From the NCBI RefSeq assembly GCF_000021865.1, contig NC_014034.1, positions 1,380,001-1,412,000 of the forward strand: DNA of 32,000 nt, given 5' to 3'. The stretch comes from Rhodobacter capsulatus SB 1003. Its GTDB lineage: Bacteria; Pseudomonadota; Alphaproteobacteria; Rhodobacterales; Rhodobacteraceae. The position numbers were made by a program, and so were the translations under genes. This document shows, piece after piece, positions 26,610 to 32,000 of the stretch (the stretch's first letter is position 1; each line of letters starts with the position of its first letter). The notes under the pieces are model-generated. The model was not told the DNA's origin, made no database searches, and saw nothing but the letters and a program-made list of their open reading frames with translations.

Positions 26610-27524
26610 ATGACCTTCATCGCTTTCTTGAACGAGCTGTCCTTTCCTTCGGGCGCCGTAGATGCGGAAGCCGCAGAAGCGGCCGTCGTGGGACTGGCCA
26701 AGACGCTGCAGTCTTTGCGCCAGATACAGTCGAGCGCAGCGCTCCACTCCTCCGTTCCATTGGCGTCGATCCCGCTCGGCGATGATCGTTGGCTTGGCAC
26801 GGTTATGGCAAAGGGACGCAGTCGCGATGAATGGCGGTTCTTGCGCAGCTTCGAAAACCGCGCGCCGTTCCGTGTCAACCTGGGTGAAGCATTCGGCCTG
26901 GAAGCGGAATATCGCTACGGTGACGTGCTCGCCGAGGGTCTCGGGCTGGGCCATATTGTAGGCACGCTCGGCGTAAGCTTTGCGAACGAGCCTTGGCTGG
27001 CGCCGACCGTACCGCTCCGTCGCATCTCGTTCGATGAGCACGGCGGGTTCGAAGAGCGGGTCGTCCACGTCCATCACGCTGCCACGCCCGATCATGTCAA
27101 AGGGCATGATGAATGGCTGCGGCGGATACCCAGCGAGCAGGTGCGCGATGGAGACGAACTATGGGCGCGGCGCGCCGAGATTTTCCCGCATTTGCTCTTC
27201 CTCCCGCGCACTGAGGCTCATTTGCGTGCATTCAAGGCGGGAGAGCCTCGCCTGTCATCGGCACGGCAAGCATTGATGGACCTTGAGATCGCGGCGGCTC
27301 ACTGGAATACAAAGGACGCCGCGATGCCGACCTTCCTGACCAAGACCACGCCGGAAAAGGAGCAGCGGAGCAAGCTATTCTACTTTATTGATCTCTCGGG
27401 CGTCGAACGCTGCTTCGACTGGCATTCCCGCTACACGCCCGGTGCCGGCAGGGTTCACTTCTGGTGTGACCGTTCGTCGGGCCGACTGACGATCGCCCAT
27501 GTCGGCGAAAAAGTACCGAATTGA
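26610..27524 (+). CDS. Hypothetical protein (304 aa), third gene of the DUF262/ATPase operon
   Basis: It is tightly coupled to the ATPase gene and has ordinary composition. No motif was recognised, except that the extreme C-terminus (WHSRYTPGAGRVHFWCDRSSGRLTIAHVGEKV) weakly recalls the terminal strands of RelE/HigB/Gp49-type toxins. Confidence 0.6.
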   Translation: MTFIAFLNELSFPSGAVDAEAAEAAVVGLAKTLQSLRQIQSSAALHSSVPLASIPLGDDRWLGTVMAKGRSRDEWRFLRSFENRAPFRVNLGEAFGLEAEYRYGDVLAEGLGLGHIVGTLGVSFANEPWLAPTVPLRRISFDEHGGFEERVVHVHHAATPDHVKGHDEWLRRIPSEQVRDGDELWARRAEIFPHLLFLPRTEAHLRAFKAGEPRLSSARQALMDLEIAAAHWNTKDAAMPTFLTKTTPEKEQRSKLFYFIDLSGVERCFDWHSRYTPGAGRVHFWCDRSSGRLTIAHVGEKVPN

Positions 27525-27817
27525 TTGCGGCAGACGCCAAGGCCGTTATGTGAGCGCCCAACAAGAGCCGACGGAGGGCCAGCTAGCGGCCTGAAGCAGC
27601 GCATGGGCCATGCATAATGTGCTGCAGCGTTACACTTGTTCAGAAGTTTAGCTCACTTCGAAATTCAGGTTTGTGCGATATCACTACCTTCATGTCCAAG
27701 CTATTGCTGCGGCACCCGTCGAACGGCGGCTTTGGGAAGGCGGCTAAGCAACATCCTGACCGATCGACCGGCGGCAATGGGCCGACTTCGATGTCCAAAC
27801 CCTCCGGCCGCAGCCCG

Positions 27818-28726
27818 TCAGCCGTGCTTGATTAAGGTGCCGTCGTTCAACTCGCGCAGGGCTTGGCGCAGCTCCTCTTGCGTGTTCATCACGATCGGCC
27901 CGTGCCAGGCGACGGGTTCCTGGATCGGGCGGCCGGTCATCAGAAGGAACCGGATCCCCTCGTCGCCCGCCTGCACCGTGATCGCGTCGCCAGCCCCGAA
28001 CCGCACCAGCGTGCGATTGCCGGTCCTGTCGCGCAGGGTCATCTCCTGCCCGCGATATTCCTTCTCGACCTTGATGCCGACGGGGTCGCTGGCGTCCCGA
28101 AACGTCCCCGAGCCCGCAAAGACATAGGCAAGCGCGTTGGCCCGGGTATCGACCGACAGCGCCTTGCGCCGCCCCGGCGGCACCGAGACATCAAGCAGCA
28201 TCGGATTGGCAGCGATCCCGTCGACCGGGCCTGTCTTGCCCCAGAACGTGCCGATGATGACCTTGACGGTGGTGCCATCGTCGTCTCCCTCGACGGGGAT
28301 GTCGCCCGCGCCAACGTCCTGATAACGCGGCGCGGTCATCTTCAGCGCGGCGGGCAGGTTCGCCCAAAGCTGAAAGCCGTGCATCTGCCCCTGCGCGTTG
28401 CCGAAGGGCATTTCCTGATGCACGATGCCCGAGCCCGCCGTCATCCATTGCACGCCGCCCGCGCCAAGCAGCCCCCGGTTGCCCAGCGAATCCGCGTGTT
28501 CCACCTGGCCTTCAAGAACATAAGTAATGGTCTCAATCCCGCGGTGCGGATGCCAGGGAAACCCCTTGGCATAAAGCCGCGGATCGTCGTTGCGGAAATC
28601 GTCCATCATCAGGAAGGGGTCGGTGAGCGCGGGATCGCCAAAGCCGAACACGCGGTGCAGATGCACCCCCGCGCCCTCGATGGCGGGCTGGGCTTTGCTG
28701 GTGGCAAGGACGGGTCTGAAGGTCAT
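27818..28726 (-). CDS. Pirin-family bicupin protein (302 aa)
   Basis: GFPWHPHRGIETITYVLEGQVEHADSLGN..GGVQWMTAGSGIVHQEMP is the pirin N-terminal cupin signature. The ATG is preceded by GGGAG. Host-like high GC suggests a core gene. Confidence 0.9.
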   Translation of the reverse strand: MTFRPVLATSKAQPAIEGAGVHLHRVFGFGDPALTDPFLMMDDFRNDDPRLYAKGFPWHPHRGIETITYVLEGQVEHADSLGNRGLLGAGGVQWMTAGSGIVHQEMPFGNAQGQMHGFQLWANLPAALKMTAPRYQDVGAGDIPVEGDDDGTTVKVIIGTFWGKTGPVDGIAANPMLLDVSVPPGRRKALSVDTRANALAYVFAGSGTFRDASDPVGIKVEKEYRGQEMTLRDRTGNRTLVRFGAGDAITVQAGDEGIRFLLMTGRPIQEPVAWHGPIVMNTQEELRQALRELNDGTLIKHG

Positions 28727-28926
28727 CGGCGGCTCCCATGTTTTTCATGCACAATCTGGGCTGGTGCGAAAAAATTTGAATTGGCGAAGATCCGGCATTT
28801 CCTGTGCGCAGGCGCGCAGAAGGGCCTCTCTGGTTTCGGCAAGGCCCACCCACCCCGCCCTCGAAAACCTACAACAAGACGACCCAGCGGGGGTTTATAG
28901 GCAGTGTCCCTTATGGCGGTGTAGGA

Positions 28927-28966
28927 GGCCGCGCGCGGAGCCTTTGGCGTAGCGCAGCGCGCGGCC
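28927..28966. other. Inverted repeat with a 10-bp GC stem (GGCCGCGCGC / GCGCGCGGCC) and a 20-nt loop
   Basis: It can be read directly, ~165 nt downstream of the tail-fibre stop on the minus strand. There is no U-tract, so a terminator role is uncertain. Confidence 0.25.
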
Positions 28967-29130
28967 GTGGGTGACGCTGGTGGTCACCGTCAATCTTCGG
29001 AGAAGGTTTTGTTTCCAAGACCTGAAACCGACAACGGAGACGACGATGACCGATGATCGCCATTTGGGTTCTGTCAATAGCCTGGTTGCAATGGATGCGG
29101 TAAACACCGCCAATTCGAGCAGGCGCTTGC

Positions 29131-32000
29131 TCAAGGCGAGACATTCGGCATCAGGTATTCACGCACGCTAATACTTGTTGATAACTGGGAGCTGCCTTCA
29201 TGGTTGGAATAACCGGAGAAATTATAAATGAAAGGGGTGCTTGCGGGTGACTGTTCATCTATGAATAGGAACGGTCCGGAAATTTTTGTACGCGACGGGA
29301 AACTAAAGTCGTTCACTTGATCTTCGTTGTTAATCGCGATCACCACGGCGCCAAAAGAAGAAGACTTGACCTCGATGACGTCTCCCTCTTGGACGATGTA
29401 ACATTCTTCTTTTTCAAAAGAATCATCACCCACGAAAGAGCTATTTCTTGTAAGTGTAAAGCAGACTACTCGTTTCATATCGACTGGGACAGCCGCGATC
29501 GTAATTTTGTCATGTCTCGCTGTTCCCGTTGATGCAAGACTGTCCGTTGCCCGTACCAGTATATTGAAATAGGGCAACATAAGCGAGCGCGTGATATTTA
29601 ATGCCAGACTGTCCGCATATTTCTTGCTGACAACCTGATTGTCCGCAGTCGGGTCCGTCGCGACCGGAACGGTCGGGAACGCAGCGAAGCTCTTCACGCC
29701 CGAAATGGCCTGGTTCCCGGTCATGGACACCTTGGTGTCCGCATAGGCCTTGTTGGCCACCGCGGTCGAGGTGGTGCCCATCGTCGGGACATAGGTTGCC
29801 GCGGGCAGGTTTACCGTTCCGGTTCCCGTCAGTGTGCCGGTGAAGGTTTTCGTCCCTGCGATGCTCTGAGCGCCGCTGTCGCGAATAACCGTATCGTCAA
29901 CGGCAAAGTCATTCGTCGCGGCATCCAGGGTCAGGCCATCCCCCGCGCCATAATCCGCAACGGAGGCCCAGGATGCCCAGGTTCCCGCCGATGTCCGGGT
30001 CCGGTAGAAGGTGCCCTTCGCGCCGAGCGTTGAATAACGCTGCACGAGCACGTTGCCGTTGTTCACCACCTCAAGGATGCCGGGCTGACCGGAAGGCCTG
30101 TTCAGCGCGATTGCCGCCGCGGTGGCGATCCCGGTCGAAACCTTGTAAAAATTGGTATCAACGACCGTGTTGAAGTCATCGGTCGTGGTCAGCGCGGCGC
30201 CGGCCCCGAATTTCGTGTCCGCATAGGCCTTGCTCGCCACCTGATTGTCGAGCGTGGGCGTGGCCGCGGGCAGAAGCGGAAGGTCGTTGAAAGTCTTCAC
30301 CCCGGATAGCGTCTGCGCCCCGCTGGTCCGCACCACCGTATTGTCGGCCGAGAAGACGTTTCCGGAGAGGGCCAGACCCGATCCTGCCGCATAGCTGCTC
30401 GCCGCAACAATTTTGCTGTCGACATACCCTTTCGAGGCGACCTCGGCGGCGAGCGTCGGTGTGGAGGTCGGGATCTGCGGGATCGTCGAAAAAGTTTTCA
30501 GCCCGGCAACAGCCTGCGCCCCGGAGGTGTTCACCGTCGGCAGCGTGATCGCAGCGGAACCGTCAAAAGCGACGCCGTTGATATTCGCGGCTGCCGCGAG
30601 TTTCGTCGCGGTGGCGGCGTTGCCGGTGATCGAGCCCGCGATCGGTGACATGAAGGTCTTTACGCCCGCCAGCGTCTGCGCGCCTGCGGTCCGCACCACG
30701 GTGCCATCGACCGCGAAGTCGGTCCCGGTGAGCGACAGTCCGTCACCCGCCGTGTAAGTCGCCCCAACCTTGCTGTCGACATAGGCCTTCGAGGCCACCT
30801 GGCCCGCCGCGGTCGGCGCCGTGGTCGGAATGACCGGGATGGCGGAGAAGGTTTTCGTGCCGCCGATGGTCTCGGCCGTGGTCAGATCGACAAAGCCTCC
30901 GTCGACATAGCCCTTGTTCACCAGAGCCGTCGATGTCGTGCCCATCGTCGGCACATAGCTTGTCGTCGACAGGTTCACCGTGCCGGTCGCGGTCAGAGCG
31001 CCGCTGAAGGTCTTCGTCCCCGCAATGCTTTGCGTGCCCGTGGTCCTCACGACCGTCGCATCGACGGCAAAGGTCTGTGTCGTGACATCGAGATCGATCC
31101 CGTCGCCCGCGTTGTACGAGGCAAATGGTTTCCAGGCGAACCAGACACCGGACGAGTTGCGCGTCCGGTAGAAGGTCCCGGTCGAGTTGATTGTCGAATA
31201 GCGCTGCATGATCGAGCCGCCGTTGTTCAGCACCTCAAGCATGCCCGGTTGGCCGCTCGGCCGGTTCAGGGCCAGCGCCGCCGCGGTCGAAATTCCGGTT
31301 GTCGCCTTGTGATAACCGCTCATCAGCACGTCATCGAAGTCATCGGTCGTCGAAAGGACCGAGCCGATGCCGAATTTCGTGTCCGCATAGGCCTTGTTGA
31401 CCGCCTGCAGATCGCTCGTCGGCGCTGTGACCGGCAATATCGGGATGTCGCTGAAGGTCTTCACCCCGGCCACCGCCTGGGCGCCGGTGGTGTTTACCGT
31501 CGGCAGGGTGATCCCGGCCGTGCCGTCGAAGGCCACGCCGTTGATGGTGCGCGCGGAGGCGAGTTTCGTCGCGGTCGCCGCATTGCCGGTAATCGAGCCC
31601 GCGATCGGCGCGGAGAAGGTCTTCACGCCCGCCAGTGTCTGATCGCCCGAGGTGCGCACCACCGTGCCATCAGCCGCGAAGGTGGTGCCGGTGAGCGACA
31701 GGCCAGAGCCCGCGGTATAGGTCGTTCCCACCGCGCCCGCGACCTGGGCGTCGACATAGGCCTTCGACGCCACCTGTCCCGCCACGGTCGGTGCCGTGGT
31801 CGGAATGACCGGGATGTCGCTGAAGGTCTTCACCCCGGCCACCGCTTGGGCACCGGTGGTGTTCACCGTCGGCAGGGTGATGTTGGCCCCGCCATCAAAG
31901 GCGACGCCGTTGATGGTGCGCGCCGTCTGCAGCTCGGAGGCCGTCGCCGCGTTGCCGGTGATCGAGCCTGCGATCGGGGACGAGAAGGTTTTCACCCCGG
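29131..32000 (-). CDS. Phage/GTA-type tail-fibre protein, C-terminal 955+ aa; the 5' end lies right of the window
   Basis: The listed start is a GTG inside a GVKTF repeat and the frame stays open to nt 32000. It has repeated fibre motifs: G(S)ITGNAATATKL..ARTINGVAFDG.A.ITLPTVNT.GAQAVAGVKTFS three times, SKAYVD/KAYADTK, and DGTVVRT.G.QTLAGVKTF. It also has two paralogous ~170-aa globular modules. Confidence 0.85.
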   Translation of the reverse strand, partial: GVKTFSSPIAGSITGNAATASELQTARTINGVAFDGGANITLPTVNTTGAQAVAGVKTFSDIPVIPTTAPTVAGQVASKAYVDAQVAGAVGTTYTAGSGLSLTGTTFAADGTVVRTSGDQTLAGVKTFSAPIAGSITGNAATATKLASARTINGVAFDGTAGITLPTVNTTGAQAVAGVKTFSDIPILPVTAPTSDLQAVNKAYADTKFGIGSVLSTTDDFDDVLMSGYHKATTGISTAAALALNRPSGQPGMLEVLNNGGSIMQRYSTINSTGTFYRTRNSSGVWFAWKPFASYNAGDGIDLDVTTQTFAVDATVVRTTGTQSIAGTKTFSGALTATGTVNLSTTSYVPTMGTTSTALVNKGYVDGGFVDLTTAETIGGTKTFSAIPVIPTTAPTAAGQVASKAYVDSKVGATYTAGDGLSLTGTDFAVDGTVVRTAGAQTLAGVKTFMSPIAGSITGNAATATKLAAAANINGVAFDGSAAITLPTVNTSGAQAVAGLKTFSTIPQIPTSTPTLAAEVASKGYVDSKIVAASSYAAGSGLALSGNVFSADNTVVRTSGAQTLSGVKTFNDLPLLPAATPTLDNQVASKAYADTKFGAGAALTTTDDFNTVVDTNFYKVSTGIATAAAIALNRPSGQPGILEVVNNGNVLVQRYSTLGAKGTFYRTRTSAGTWASWASVADYGAGDGLTLDAATNDFAVDDTVIRDSGAQSIAGTKTFTGTLTGTGTVNLPAATYVPTMGTTSTAVANKAYADTKVSMTGNQAISGVKSFAAFPTVPVATDPTADNQVVSKKYADSLALNITRSLMLPYFNILVRATDSLASTGTARHDKITIAAVPVDMKRVVCFTLTRNSSFVGDDSFEKEECYIVQEGDVIEVKSSSFGAVVIAINNEDQVNDFSFPSRTKISGPFLFIDEQSPASTPFIYNFSGYSNHEGSSQLSTSISVREYLMPNVSP

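Noticed and set aside
28895-29144. Two small minus-strand ORFs beginning at the fibre gene stop (28895..29134 and 28911..29144) could have been a tail-fibre assembly chaperone.
   Set aside because: Neither has a Shine-Dalgarno. One starts with TTG and one product is Arg/Pro-rich. They are mutually exclusive frames, and neither resembles known fibre chaperones.

Overview
High-GC bacterial chromosomal segment (roughly two-thirds G+C by eye) that reads as a defence island with several decayed mobile elements. Left to right: (1) the 3' end of a Zorya-like module, an EH-signature zorC-like gene cut by the window edge plus a complete 1030-aa SNF2 zorD-like gene. (2) A decayed IS5-family (IS903-like) element. 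(3) A second, diverged, 5'-truncated copy of the last ~1.2 kb of the SNF2 gene. (4) A small WYL-domain gene directly upstream of (5) a complete type I-C CRISPR-Cas locus: cas3-cas5c-cas8c-cas7c-cas4-cas1-cas2, a 176-nt leader, and 41 repeats with 40 unique spacers. (6) An IS66-family element of ~3.5 kb with a frameshifted transposase, whose end abuts the 3'-altered last repeat. (7) A multiply frameshifted SRAP/YedK-like pseudogene. (8) A ~5.5-kb lower-GC insert with two divergent modules. One is a pair of uncharacterised minus-strand genes, one of them PIN-like. The other is a translationally coupled DUF262 / AAA-DUF3696 ATPase / unknown-protein operon resembling what I recall of the Menshen system. 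(9) A pirin gene. (10) The 3' 2.9 kb of a very repetitive phage/GTA-type tail-fibre gene whose last ~160 codons are compositionally foreign. The best candidates for undescribed biology are the orphan two-gene cassette (22318-23943), the third gene of the DUF262/ATPase operon, and the HTH-less WYL protein ahead of cas3. The IS-linked partial duplication of zorD and the short hairpin insertions that break the IS transposase are structurally unusual. All calls come from reading the translations and DNA by eye; no database search was run.
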